Below, one piece after another: positions 1 to 10,944 of a stretch of 64,000 nt of DNA. The stretch covers positions 7,502,001 to 7,566,000 of the forward strand of contig NC_043000.1 in the NCBI RefSeq assembly GCF_006345805.1, in the 5' to 3' direction. The notes under the pieces are model-generated. The model made no database searches. It saw nothing but the letters and a program-made list of their open reading frames with translations, and was not told where the DNA came from. The DNA is from Octopus sinensis. Its lineage: Eukaryota. Within the stretch, counting starts at the first letter, position 1. Every line of letters starts with the position of its first letter. A program made the position numbers and the translations under genes.

Positions 1-135
1 CCTTGGATAACATCAGCGGTGTGGAGAGGGGAGGCTGGTATGCATGGGCGACTGCTAGCCTTCCACAAACAACCTTGCTTGGACTTGTGCCTCAGGGGGT
101 AACTTTCTAGGTGCAATCCCATGGTCATTCATGAC
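1..135 (+). mobile_element. 3' part of a tRNA-derived SINE (family E), cut by the window edge
   Basis: Matches the segments at 59880-59940 and 61525-61620 (ccttggataacatcag...ggtatgcatggg; taactttctaggtgcaatcccatggtcattcatgacc). Confidence 0.55.
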
Positions 136-184
136 CAAAGGGGATCTCCTCTTCCTCATATATATATAAACACACACGGATATG

Positions 185-310
185 ATGGGCTTATTTCAGT
201 TTCCATCTACCAAATCCACTTACAAGGCTTTGGTTGGCCTGAGGCTATAGTAGAAGACACTTGCCCAAGGTGTTATGAAGTGGGACTGAACTCGGAACCA
301 TTGTGCCTTT
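185..310 (-). mobile_element. CORE-type tRNA SINE (family B), 5' half
   Basis: Reverse complement of the cttgggcaagtgtcttctactatagcc...gatttggtagatggaaactgaaa motif seen in many copies in this window. Confidence 0.75.
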
Positions 311-789
311 ATAGAGTGATATTCAAATTTGTTTAATAATGTTAAGTAAACCTACTTCTTTGCACACTGAACACAATTCTTGTGTTCTTAACTACTGCAT
401 ATATTTAACATCTTCTCAGCTAAGCTAGTTGCAATCTTATTTTATTTAGATGTTTCTTTTCCCTCACTTCATATATTCAAACTAATGTTTGTGTTTAGAA
501 AGCTATATGATCTGTAGTAGTAGTAGTATCATCATCGTTTTAATATCTACTTTTCCATGCTTCCATTGGTCAGACAGAATTTGTTGAGGCAGATTTTCTA
601 TGGCCAGATGCCCTTTCTGTCACAAACCCTCACCTATTTCCATGGAAGGTAATATTTCTCTACGGCCTGACATGTTTTCACAGAAGGCTGGTTGTGAACA
701 CTTATTTGATGATGACACTTGTTTACTGCCATCACTCAATGTCAAAACAAGGAAGCAAATGTACATGCACTCATATATTAATATAAATG

Positions 790-950
790 TGGCAGGCTTC
801 TATCAGCTTTCCTCTATCAAATCCACTCAGAAGGCTTTGGTTCATCCAGGGCTATAATAGAAGACACTTTCCCAAGTTGCCATGCAGTAAGATTGAACCT
901 GAAACCATGCAGTTGGGAAGTGAATTTCTTAACCTCACAATCATGCCTAC
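790..950 (-). mobile_element. CORE-type tRNA SINE (family B), diverged 5' half
   Basis: Same motif as 185-310, with the tRNA-like head at 890-950. Confidence 0.7.
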
Positions 951-984
951 AACTAGCAATGAATATTAAAGTATAACAAGGTTG

Positions 985-1195
985 TGAGGTGGCCGAATTG
1001 TTAGCACATCGGGTAAAATGCTTAGTGGTATTTCCTCTGACTTTTTGTTCTGAGATGAAATTCCACTGAGGTCAACTTTGCCTTTCATTCCTTTGAAGTT
1101 GATAAAATAAGTACCAGTTGAACACTGAGGGTCAATGTAATTGACTTATCCCCTCCCTAAAATTTGCTGGCCTTGTGCCAAAATTTGAAACTAAT
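985..1195 (+). mobile_element. tRNA-derived SINE (family A), diverged
   Basis: A-box-like tggccgaattgttagc and central gaggtcaactttgcctttcattcc...gataaaataagtaccag, homologous to 7230-7474. Confidence 0.75.
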
Positions 1196-1300
1196 ATTAA
1201 AGTATAACACATACACACACTCACATATATATGCATGTAAGCCATCTGAGAGTTCATAAGTCAGGAAAAAATGCATTTGTATATTGTCAGTTGAGTGGGC

Positions 1301-1501
1301 ATATTAATTGAAATGTACAGTATTATATATCCATCATGTCCGATCTCTAGAGAGTAGTTATCATATTTCATTCCATAAGAGCTACCTCTGATGAGTGCAG
1401 GGCTACATAATCAGGTTGTTACCTAACACTCCGTTGAACCTCTAGTGCGAAACTGATTGGTAAGATCAGCCCTAATGGATATATAATACTATACACTTTG
1501 A

Positions 1502-1508
<7 letters not shown>
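1301..1508. repeat. Foldback with 34-bp arms and a degenerate hammerhead-like spacer
   Basis: 1301-1334 is the near reverse complement of 1475-1508. The spacer has CTGATGA (1388) and GAAAC (1449) followed by the hairpin CTGAT-tggtaag-ATCAG. Confidence 0.6.
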
Positions 1509-1537
<29 letters not shown>

Positions 1538-3394
1538 AATTGCAACAATGAGATATAATTAACAGTCTCTAATAATATTAGAGGTTCAGTAAACCTTTAT
1601 TTTAACTAATCATGATTTTGCTTGAATAACACATAGAACTGCTAAGCTAGTGATAGTCTGTATATCAGGTTGGAAATCAGGTTGGAAATGTAAATTGAAC
1701 ACTATATTTTTCTGTGCTCTGAAAAGTAGGATTCCTCTCTGACTAAGGGACACATCTGAAATAGTGTTTTCCACTTTTCATGTTCCTCCAATATGCAGTT
1801 CTCATAATTTGTATTCCCTATTTTCCTTTGATCGTTTTTGCAATGTTTCTAGGTTACTAGACACATTTAAACTAAACAAATGACTTTAATAGTGAGAGCC
1901 TTTCATAGCTTAACGTCAGCATTATAGAAAACAGATAACCTTGATAGACAGATGCATTTCCTTCAGTTTCATAACCACCAGTCTATGTTATATTCAAGGT
2001 GAATATTTCTGAGAGAAAGAAATCGAAATAGCTGCATGAGCACCTCTTCATCATATATATTTGTTTTGCAATCCGTCAGCGTTTCTCTTTTTTTTCTTTC
2101 CCTCTTTTCATCAGAAACTATGTAATAATTTTCCAAGCCTTCATTTTTGGCTCCAATGCTCTGTGTGTGTGTATGTGTGTGTGCATGTGTGAGTATGTGT
2201 GTATGTGTGTGTATGTGTGTGCATGTTTGTGTTTGTGTGTTGAAGTGATTTGATGTATCAGACTCTTGTCAGGTCACTGGTAACCACTGTGCTTACTCTT
2301 TACCCTGAACACTCTAATAAAGTGAGCTTTATTAAAGTGTTCAGCTTGGCTGTTCTTACAGTGAATGCCAGCCCCACCCTTTTATCTTTCCTCTCTCTCT
2401 TATTATCAATTCTCTTTTCTGATTTCCATTTAGGTGAGATTTGCTTTAATAGCAACTGCATTCCATCAGGCAAAAATGAATGAAAGAAAAAGCAATTTTG
2501 TCTGATGGGCGTTTTTAGTCAGTTTAATAATGACTCTGATATTAATGTTTTCATATACTGGTTAGAACAGTTGGGTATATGATCTCAAAAGCACTGCCAA
2601 ATCCGATATGCAATGCAGAAAAATTTGAAGTGTCTGTTATGATGACTCTTAGCCATCATTAAGCAATCACGCTACTTATTTTAGCTAATTAATCTCAGAA
2701 TGGTTAGTTAAAAGCAAGAAGAATTGGGCAAGTGGCAGAGATATTGTTATGCAGGTACCTTGATGTATGTTGAGAGTAGGAATGAAGTAGAAAGGTGAAT
2801 TGACCATACCGAAGTTGTGTAAAGATAATTGTTATTGTGTTGGTTTGGTGGCTATTCTGAGAGTATAGAGTATAGACATACTGTTAACAGAGGAATAGAA
2901 ACATAATGTGGTTTGGTTGAACAATAGAATGTTGACTGTTGCTAGGGAACGGAAGATTAAGAAGAAGTCATAGTGAAAGTTAACAGTAAATGATAGAGTT
3001 ACTTTTTTAATCATTGTATGGAATTATAATGTTCATAATAGGAAAAACCAAGAAGGAAGGATGTATTGGTGTTTGGAAGCCATTGTCATGGTATAATAAA
3101 TGAAGTTAGCTTTAGGGATTCCTTGATATGGGTGACTGACTATCTATAATACAAGCTTCATAAAGCTAGGTTACAAATTGATTTTGCTTATAGAGATAAG
3201 ATGGAAAAGAAGAGAACTAATAGTTAAAAAACAAAACAAAAAGATGAATGCCTGTTCCTAAAGGGCATCGATTGTAATATTGCTATAATACAGTAAAGAA
3301 TATACCTAGAGCTTCTTTTTAGCCAGCATTATGTGTTATAATGATTATAAGCCATTTGTCTGTACAATATGTCCATGGACACAAAAAGAGGGAA

Positions 3395-3442
3395 CAATTG
3401 TATGCAAGTTTCAGTTCTTGTTGAAATCATCATCAGCAACTG
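3395..3442 (-). ncRNA. Decayed minimal type I hammerhead ribozyme motif (PLE-type), copy 1
   Basis: Minus strand reads cagttg CTGATGA t gattt caacaa gaact GAAA cttgc a TA caattg. Stem I pairs fully; stems II and III have mismatches. Flanks are homologous to 4525-4645. Confidence 0.55.
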
Positions 3443-3504
3443 TGTACTTTTTTCACCTGTCCATGAACACACTGTTTATAAACCCACTAATATTAGGTAA
3501 ATAA

Positions 3505-4325
3505 TAATAATAATAATAATAATTGTGTACAGTGCTCAGGTGCACTACAACTCATCTAAAGTGTATATATAATCAGGTGAAGTTTCGGCGGATTTCGGAA
3601 AGCATGAGGGCCTTAAAAGATGCAGTGTCATGGCAGTCAACAACTGACGCAGGCAGTTTATTCCATGCTTCAGCAACTCTGAGCGTGAAAAAATGTTTCC
3701 GAAAGTCATGGGAGCTGTATTGTTTTCTGACTTTGTAGGCATGTCCACGTGTGTTAGACACATGGAGATCAAAAGGTGTTCAGTGTTGTTGTTGGTGAGG
3801 TGGTTGATAACTTTGTGGGTGTTTACCAAGTCCGTCGCCAAACGCCGGAGCTTCAGTGAATCCATGCCAGGGAAACAAGGCGCTCAGAATATGGTAGGTG
3901 TCTGATGGAGGGTATGCGTTTGGTTGCACGTCTCTGGACAGATTCCAGGAGGTCAATGTTCTGTGCAAGATAGGGGTTCCAAACTGATGATGCGAATTCC
4001 AAGTGTGGTCGTACCATAGCTGTATACAGTTTTAAATAGATGCTGGAGAGCGGCTAACAAAAGACCTGCTGAGTGATGCCAAGACACCCTCGGCCTTCCT
4101 GACAATCTTAGAGATATGCTTTGACCAACGCAGATCACTGCTGACAGTGATACCTAGGTCACGCTCGCAAGAGGATTCTTGATATCAGTGTTGTGGAGGG
4201 AGTATGTGAACGCAGGGTTTTTTCTCCCAAAATGCATGGTGGTACACTTGTCCACAGCCAGTTTCAGTTGCCAGTCTGTGATCCATTGCTGCATTGTGTC
4301 TAGGTCTGATTGCAGACCCATAAGA
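3505..4325 (-). mobile_element. 5'-truncated CR1-clade LINE (post-RT C-terminus, frameshifted) with (ATT)n tail
   Basis: Joined frames give LQSDLDTMQQW..KLAVDKC..MHFG, DLGITVSSD, SLKLRRLATDL..HKVI, TRGHAYK..RKHFFTLRVAEAWNKLPASVV..FK, which are CR1 ORF2 C-terminal motifs. Confidence 0.9.
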
Positions 4326-4596
4326 CAGCGGAGCTGGTGGAATCATTAGCATGCTGAGCAAAATGCTTTGTGGCATTTTGTCTGTCTTTATGTTCTGTGT
4401 TCAAATTCTGCCGAGGTCAACACTTTTCTAAGCAGGTAGGCTGAACATTAAATTATAGGTGTGTCTATAATAAATTATATCATTGCTATAATAAATTATA
4501 GACCATATCTATAGATTTTTTTAGCCAATAATGCTTGTTCTTACTGTTATAAACAAGTCATCTGTACAATATATCTGTGAACAGAAAAAGAGGGCA

Positions 4597-4644
4597 TAAT
4601 TGTATGCATGTTTCGATTCTTATTGGAACCATCATCAGCTACTG
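4597..4644 (-). ncRNA. Decayed minimal type I hammerhead ribozyme motif (PLE-type), copy 2
   Basis: Minus strand reads cagtag CTGATGA t GGTTC caataa GAATC GAAA catgc a TA caatta. Core and stem II are intact; stems I and III are eroded. Confidence 0.6.
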
Positions 4645-4874
4645 GGAATCTTCTTCTGTCCTACTTTAGGAGTGTGTTCCAATTAGTATTAGGGGCCAAA
4701 GTAGACTAAATAGATCAATTTGAATATTAAGCACTTTTCTAGACAGCTAGCTCAAACATTAAATTACTGTAAGCTACTGATCTCTCTTTGTGGATGGAAC
4801 AGTCAAATAGTGAGCTTCATCTCATTTCTATCTTTTTATCTTTTTACTTGTTTCAGTCATTGAACTGAAGGAAA

Positions 4875-4905
<31 letters not shown>

Positions 4906-5192
4906 CCTTGTATTGACATTGTGTGTTAATCATGAATGAGCAACACAGTTATGTAAGTGTTAACTGCTGATGCCAATTTTCCATGATAACATAAGAAGCC
5001 TTTGGGAAGTTAAACCTTGCTTGGAAACAAGTGAGGGGTTGGTGACAGGAAGGGCACCCGGCTGTACTAAAATGTCTCTATTACATAGACATAAACCATG
5101 CTAGCATAAAAATGAACGAATGAATACCTTTGTGTATGTGTGTGTATATATATGTATAAATGTGTGTATATATATATAGAGAGAGAAAGAGA

Positions 5193-5447
5193 GCAATAAG
5201 AAAATGGAGGGGATCAATAGGTTGTTCATCAACTTTTAGACAATTTATATTCATGTATATTATATTGTATTAATTATTGTATCTTTATATATTAATATAT
5301 CTTATATATTATATGTAAAGCAGAATATGTTATACATGTATGTATATTCTTGAAATTGTCAGTTTAGTAAATAAATAAATAAGTTAACATAATATAATTT
5401 CTAAAAGTTGATGAACCACCTATTGATCCCCTCCATTTTCTTGTTGC
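5193..5447. repeat. Foldback with 47-bp arms and an AT-rich 160-bp spacer
   Basis: 5193-5239 (gcaataagaaaatggaggggatcaatagg...) is the near reverse complement of 5401-5447. Confidence 0.85.
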
Positions 5448-5479
5448 TATATAAATTAATGGTAAAATATCTCTTTACC

Positions 5480-6440
5480 TTCACCCATTTAGTACACTAG
5501 GTACTATCCCCAAATGGCCCTGTCAACAACATTGTTCCACCACCACATTACCTTGGGTCAAGAGGAGACTTTGCACCATCCACAAATCTGGTCAATGGCC
5601 CTCAGCAGATTGTCTTGTAGAAAACTCCAGTTGTCTTCCACATCACGTGATGTTACATCCCTTTCTATTTTGTCAAAAGGTTTGAGTAATATGTCTCTAA
5701 ATCTCTGTCCATTTGCAGGATCTTTGAGCTTCTCCTCCATCCTCTTCTTCTGGTTGTATTCTGGGCATCCATTTAGCCCTGATTCTGAAGTCACTAACTA
5801 CTAGTCTAAGTTGTGGGGTACATTCTTCACCTGAGAAGGTTTTGGCATTTATAAGCAGCCATGTCTCCCTTTTTCTGGTGAAGATGTAGTCAATTTGGCT
5901 AGTGTGTCTACCAGATTGGTAGGTGACTAGGTGACTGGCAGGTTTCTGGAGATGGTATTGCAAACCATAAGATCATTTGCATCACAGAACTCCAGTAGTC
6001 TGGTTCCTTCCTCATTGTGGGAGCCAAAACCATAGCCTCCATGTATCTCATGGAAACCCCTGCATGTTGTACAACATGTCCATTGAAGTCACCAACCACA
6101 AAGAGAAGGTCCCTGTCATTCGTAACAAAGTAGTCTGCAAGAGGGTGTCATAAAATCGGTCTTTCTATCCATCAGGTAGCCCAAGCAGGGGCCGAGATAA
6201 CGGTTACTAACCCATGATGGAGCACTAATCCAATCTTAAGTATTCTATCGCATACTCTGACTACCTCGATTACCTTATCAACCCATTTCTCCACAAGAAG
6301 AATACCCACGCCCCGACCCTGTCAGTGTTCCCTGCCCAGAAAATCTTGTACCTGTGTTCTTTGCCTGTGAGGAACCTAGTGGAACCTCTTCTCCATCTTA
6401 CTTCTTGGATGCAGCACAAATCTATATGTCTCCGTTCAGG
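5480..6440 (-). mobile_element. Degraded RTE LINE fragment: AP endonuclease and linker
   Basis: ERRHIDLCCIQEVRW, VGDFNGHV, HLVTYQSG..SQIDYI, LRLVVSDFRI and the WWWN motif across several frames. Confidence 0.9.
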
Positions 6441-6459
6441 CATGTAAAAAAAAAAGAAA

Positions 6460-7175
6460 TCAACCTTTGAATGTTGGGCCTCACAGAGGCAAAATGGTTG
6501 AGTACCTTTCAATCGAAGGAGAGGAGCTTTCTCCGTCCGGGTTGCGGATCCGTGGAACAAGCTGCCAGACGAGATGGTGAAGATGCTGACGACCGCTTTG
6601 TTCAAAGCCTCCCTGGACCTCAAGTGGCCTGAACTCTTTACATGAACACCACCCTGTACTTAACTCCATGTCCCCCTACATGGCCTTGCTATTTGCTTTT
6701 GAGCCAAATTAACTAACTAACTAACTAACTAAACGTTGGACCTGATGGAGGCACAATGATAGTTCCTTTCGAGGATTGGGCTTCATGGAGGCAAAGTAAC
6801 TGAGTTCCTTTCAAGTGTTGGGCCTCACTGAGGCGAGGTGGCTGAGTTCCTTTCGAGTCGACCTCATGGAGGCGAGGTGGCTGGGTTCCTTTTGAGTGTT
6901 GGACCTCACAGAAGCAATGACCAAGACCTTTGGCATTATGTTGTGCTTGAGAAGAAGACCCATCAAGCCAAGCAAAATTACAATCATGGCAGATATCAGT
7001 GGTATGTAAAAGCACCCATTACACTCTTGGAGTGATTGGCATTAGGAAGGGCATCTAGCCATAGGAAACCATACCAAATCAGACTGGATCCTGGCGCAGC
7101 CTTCCAGCGTGCCTGTCTGGTCCAACCGTCCAACCCATGCCAGCATGGACAATGGACATTAAATGATGATGTGAT
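6460..7175 (+). mobile_element. RTE-type 3' UTR/tail element with ~42-bp tandem units, split by a CR1 insertion
   Basis: Unit gttcctttcgagtgttgggcctcatggaggc occurs once at 6460-6505 and about four times at 6734-6920. It ends in ttaggaagggcat...aacccatgccagcatgg...(gat)n. Confidence 0.75.
6503..6732 (+). mobile_element. CR1 LINE extreme 3' end (second family) with (TAAC)n tail
   Basis: FNRRRGAFSVRVADPWNKLPDEMVKM..ALFKASLD..*, then a short UTR and taac repeats at 6710-6732. Confidence 0.85.
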
Positions 7176-7229
7176 GATGTGTGTGTGTATGTGTGTGTGT
7201 TTATATATGTATATATAATATAATATATA

Positions 7230-7474
7230 GGCGAGCTGGCAATAGGCGGCGAGCTGGCAGAAACGTTAGCGCGCCGGGCGAAATGCTTAGCGGTATTTCG
7301 TCTGTCGTTACGTTCTGAGTTCAAATTCCGCCGAGGTCGACTTTGCCTTTCATCCTCTCGGGGTCGATAAATAAAGTACCAGTTTCGCACTGGGTCGATG
7401 TAATCGACTTAATCCCTTTGTCTGTCCTTGTTTGTCCCCTCTATGTTTAGCCCCTTGTGGGTAGTAAAGAAATA
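7230..7474 (+). mobile_element. Near-intact tRNA-derived SINE (family A) with duplicated 12-nt head
   Basis: A-box tggcagaaacgttagc, B-box gagttcaaattcc, central gtcgactttgcctttcatcc..ggggtcgataaataaagtaccag. CpG-rich, so probably young. ggcgagctggca is repeated at 7230 and 7248. Confidence 0.9.
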
Positions 7475-7502
7475 TATATAATATAATATATATATATATA
7501 TA

Positions 7503-8892
7503 ACTAGGAAGATGGTTTTTGTATGTGGCAGATGCTCGGGAGCATTAACCTCTGAAAATTTGCAGAAAACAACTTCCGTCACTTTCCAGGGGAAAAAACT
7601 AGAAGTAGTTGATAGCTTCTGTTATCTTGGTGACCAAGTCAGTAGTGGGGGTGGGTGTGCTGAAAGTGTAACGGCTAGAGTAAGAATAGCCTGGGCAAAG
7701 TTTAGGGAGCTCTTACCTCTGTTGGTGACTAAAGGCCTCTCGCTCAGAGTAAAAGGCAGACTGTATGATGCATGTCTACGAACAGCCATGCTACATGGCA
7801 GTGAAACATGGGCAGTGACTGCTGAGGACATGCGTAAGCTCGCGAGAAATGAAGCTAGTATGCTCCGTTGGATGTGTAATGTCAGTGTTCATAGTCGACA
7901 GAGTGTAAGTACCTTGAGAGAAAAGTTGGACCTAAGAGGCATCAGATGTTGTGTGCAAGAGAGACGATTGCGCTGGTATGGTCATGTGAGAATGGATGAA
8001 GATAGGTGTGTGAAAATGTGCCACACCCTGGCAGTTGAGGGGACCTGTGGAAGAGGTAGACCCAGGAAAACCTGGGTCGAGGTGGTGAAGCGCGACCTTC
8101 GAACTCTAAGTCTCACCAAGGAAATGACCAGAGACCGAGACCTATGGAAGTATGCTGTGCGTGAGAAGACCCGGCAAGACCAGTGAGAACAATCAAAATC
8201 AAATCATATATCAGAAAGCAGGGGTTAAGTGACCCATCCGTTCGTGTCCGCTGTCAGCCTCGTCTGGCACCCATGCCGGTGATACGTAAAAGCACCATTC
8301 GCTCGTGGCCGTTTGCCAGCTCTGCCTGGCCCCCGTGTCGGTGGCACGTAAAAGCACCATCCGTTCGTGTTCATTGCCAGCCTCGGCTGGCCCCCGTGCC
8401 GGTGACACGTAAAAGCACCGTCCGTTCGTGGCCGTTTGCCAGCTCTGTCTGGCAACCGTGTCGGTGGCACGTAAAGCACCATCCGTTCGCGTCCGTTGCC
8501 AGCCTCGCCTGGCCCCCGTGCCGGTGACACGTAAAAGCACCGTCCGTTCGTGGCCGTTTGCCAGCTCTGTCTGGCCCCGTGTCAGTGGCACGTAAAAGCA
8601 CCATCCGTTCGTGTCCGTTGCCAGCATCGCCTGGCCCCGTGCCGGTGACACGTAAAAGCACCATCCGTTCGTGGCCGTTCGCCAGCTCTGTCTGGCACCT
8701 GTGCAGGTGGCACGTAAAAAACACCCACTACACTCGCGGAGTGGTTGGCGTTAGGAAGGGCATCCAGCCGTAGAAACACTGCCAGATCTGACTGGGCCTG
8801 ACGAAGCTTTCCAGCTTCACAGACCCCAGTTGACCCGTCCAACCCATGCTAGCATGGAAAGCGGACGCTAAATGATGATGATGATGATGATG
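7503..8892 (+). mobile_element. 5'-truncated RTE-clade LINE: open C-terminal ORF (7512-8186), long 3' UTR, (GAT)n tail
   Basis: LEVVDSFCYLGD..ARVRIAWAKFREL..KGRLY..MLHGSETW..MLRWMC..RRLRWYGHV.RM..G..GRGRPRKTW, typical of RTE ORF2. Tail gttaggaagggcatcc...atgctagcatgg...gatgatgat. Confidence 0.95.
8232..8713 (+). repeat. Eight ~61-bp tandem units alternating between two types, in the RTE 3' UTR
   Basis: gtaaaagcacc anchors at 8286, 8348, 8409, 8471, 8531, 8592, 8652 and 8714. Every unit has a GCCAG-N6-CTGGC hairpin. Confidence 0.95.
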
Positions 8893-8904
8893 ATATATAT
8901 ACAT

Positions 8905-9320
8905 AAAATAATTTACTTTGCCACATACTGAAATTTTTAGAAATAGCAGCCCCAAAAAATGAAATGTTGAGCTGACGAAAGAAATGTTGACTTTTAATTC
9001 GGCTAGTCTAGAAACATGAACGTTCTCAAATAATCTTTGTACATGTGATATTTTGTTGTTTTCCCTCCATATCTACGTGAATTATTTTTGAGTAAGCACT
9101 TTCAGGGAGATTCTTCTTAAAGTAGTAGAAATGGCTAAAGAAAATTTTTTTGGCTGCTATTTCTAAAAATTTCAGTATGTGGCAAAGTAAATTATTTTAC
9201 TGAGCCCTTAATTATATAAAGAAATATTTTGAATACGCCTTGAATGGTCCTTTTACATACTGAACACTACTTGGGGAAATTAATTAATAACTAATTGATT
9301 TTACCCTAAATTATTGATAT
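8905..9320 (+). mobile_element. Penelope-like pLTR remnant with an inverted 5' segment
   Basis: 8905-8960 is the inverted copy of 9144-9198, and the spacer holds a hammerhead motif. The tail at 9200-9320 is homologous (reverse complement) to 10945-11050. PLE assignment is inferred from architecture. Confidence 0.6.
8967..9029 (+). ncRNA. Degenerate type I hammerhead motif
   Basis: ttgag CTGACGA ... cta GAAA c atgaac GTT ctcaa. Stem I ttgag/ctcaa and the core are present; stem II is poorly paired. Confidence 0.45.
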
Positions 9321-9324
9321 ATAT

Positions 9325-9510
9325 ATCATCATCATCATCATCATCATCATCGTTTAACGTCCGTTTTCCGCGCTAGCACGGGTTGGACGGTTCGACCGGG
9401 GTCTGGGAAGCCAGGGGCTGCACTAGGCTCCAGTCTGATCTGGCAGTGTTTCTACAGCTGGATGCCCTTCCTAACGCCAACCACTCCGCGAGTGTAGTGG
9501 GTGCTTTTTA
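9325..9510 (-). mobile_element. RTE 3'-tail element (short, young-looking)
   Basis: Reverse complement of 8720-8890 with a (cat)n tail. Confidence 0.9.
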
Positions 9511-9539
9511 TATATATGCACCCCCACACACACACGCAT

Positions 9540-9885
9540 GGCTGATGCCAGCGCTGCCTGTCTGGCACCTGTGCTGATGGCATGTAAAATGCACCATTTG
9601 AGCATGGCCATTGCCAGTGCCGCCTGACTGGCACCCATGCCTGTGTCATGTAAAAAGCGCCATTCGAGTGTGACCGATGCCACTGCTGCCTGACTGGCCC
9701 CCATTCTGGTGGCATGTAAAAGCACCCACTTCATTCTCAGAGTGGTTGGCATTAGGAAGGGCATTCAGCTGTAGAAACCTTGCCAAATCAGATTGGAGCC
9801 TGGTGCAACCTCCTGGCTTGCCAGTTCTCAGTCAAACCATCTAACCCATGCTAGCATGGAAAGCAGACGTTAAACGACAACAACG
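9540..9885 (+). mobile_element. RTE 3'-tail element with about three diverged ~60-bp units
   Basis: ggcatgtaaaa.gcacc units, then ttaggaagggcat..aacccatgctagcatgg. Confidence 0.85.
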
Positions 9886-9892
9886 ATGACAC

Positions 9893-9942
<50 letters not shown>

Positions 9943-10104
9943 TATTTGTTCATTGTTTTGGTTTATTTGTTGCTTGAGAGAATTACCCCCATCTGCGATC
10001 CTCTCAAGCAAGCTGAGAATCTTAAATGTAAAATCCAAGGCAAAGAAGACATAAAATTTAAAAAATCAGACGGTTTAGAAATCATTTTTTCATATTTTCA
10101 TCTG

Positions 10105-10430
10105 TTATTTCATGGCATCATTTCCTCCTCCTCCACTTCTTCTTCTTCCTCCTCCTCCACTTCTTCCTCCTCCTCCATTTCTTCCTCCTTCTCCTCCATC
10201 TCTTCCTCCCTCACCTCCATTTCTTCCTCCTTCTCCTCCATCTCTTCCTCCTCCTTCATCATTTTCCTCCTCCTCCTCCATTTTTTCCTCCTCCTCCACT
10301 TCTTCCTCCTTCTCCTCCATCTCTTCCTCCTCCTCCATTTTTTCCTCCTCCTCCTCCATTTCTTCCTCCTCCTCCTCCATCTCTTCTTCCTCCTCCTCCT
10401 CCTCCTCCTCCTCTCCCTCCTTTCCTCCTT
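10105..10430. repeat. Pyrimidine-rich (CTC/CTT)n low-complexity tract
   Basis: Almost pure C/T on the + strand with imperfect triplet periodicity. Confidence 0.95.
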
Positions 10431-10888
10431 TGACTTAGAGTTTTGCAGTGACATCTAATTCACTTAGCTAAAAGAGTTTTTTATTTTTTTCAAAAATGTG
10501 TTTCTTTTTTCTTGGGTGTTTTACTTTGTTGTATATATATATTTTTTTTCTTTTGCAATACCTTTCCATCATCTTCCATAAAACAGTTAGGATGTAGCTT
10601 CGATAAAGTAGCACAGATAACAACTCAAGGTCTTTCGTATTTCCTGAGCTACTGAAAGCTTACATCTGCTTGTCAGTTTGTTTACCCCCCCCATCCCCAC
10701 CCTTTGAAAAGCAAACAGGTACAAACATGGTTGTGTTGTTACGAAGTTTGCTTTGCAATCACATAATTTAGGTTTAGTCCCACTGCATGGCACCTTGGGC
10801 AAGTGTCTTCTACTATAGCCTCGGGCCGACCAAAGCCTTGCGAGGGATTTGGTAGACGGAAACTGAAAAGAAGACCCACATATATAAG

Positions 10889-10919
<31 letters not shown>

Positions 10920-10944
10920 TATATATATATTATATATATATATA

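Noticed and set aside
2070-2120. Minus-strand CTGATGA...GAAAC motif
   Set aside because: The intervening sequence is pure purine (no stem II) and there is no NUH site.
2400-3300. Possible ancient RT remnant on the minus strand (QGIP-like string near 3110)
   Set aside because: Too degraded, with no second motif in a consistent frame.
8340-8410. HDV-like ribozyme reading of the repeat unit (CCAGCCTCGC resembles HDV P3/L3)
   Set aside because: There is no P4 or J4/2 catalytic strand, and RTE HDV-like ribozymes are known from 5' ends rather than 3' UTRs.
8183-8842. Overlapping ORFs and a CRISPR-like look of the 61-bp repeats
   Set aside because: These are head-to-tail tandem units with no unique spacers, no cas genes and a eukaryotic LINE UTR context. 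The ORFs are a by-product of GC-rich repeats.
9886-10458. Glu-, Pro-, Leu- or Arg-rich ORFs (also 27879-28215 and 32280-33072)
   Set aside because: They come from low-complexity triplet or pyrimidine tracts open in most frames, with no splice or domain evidence.
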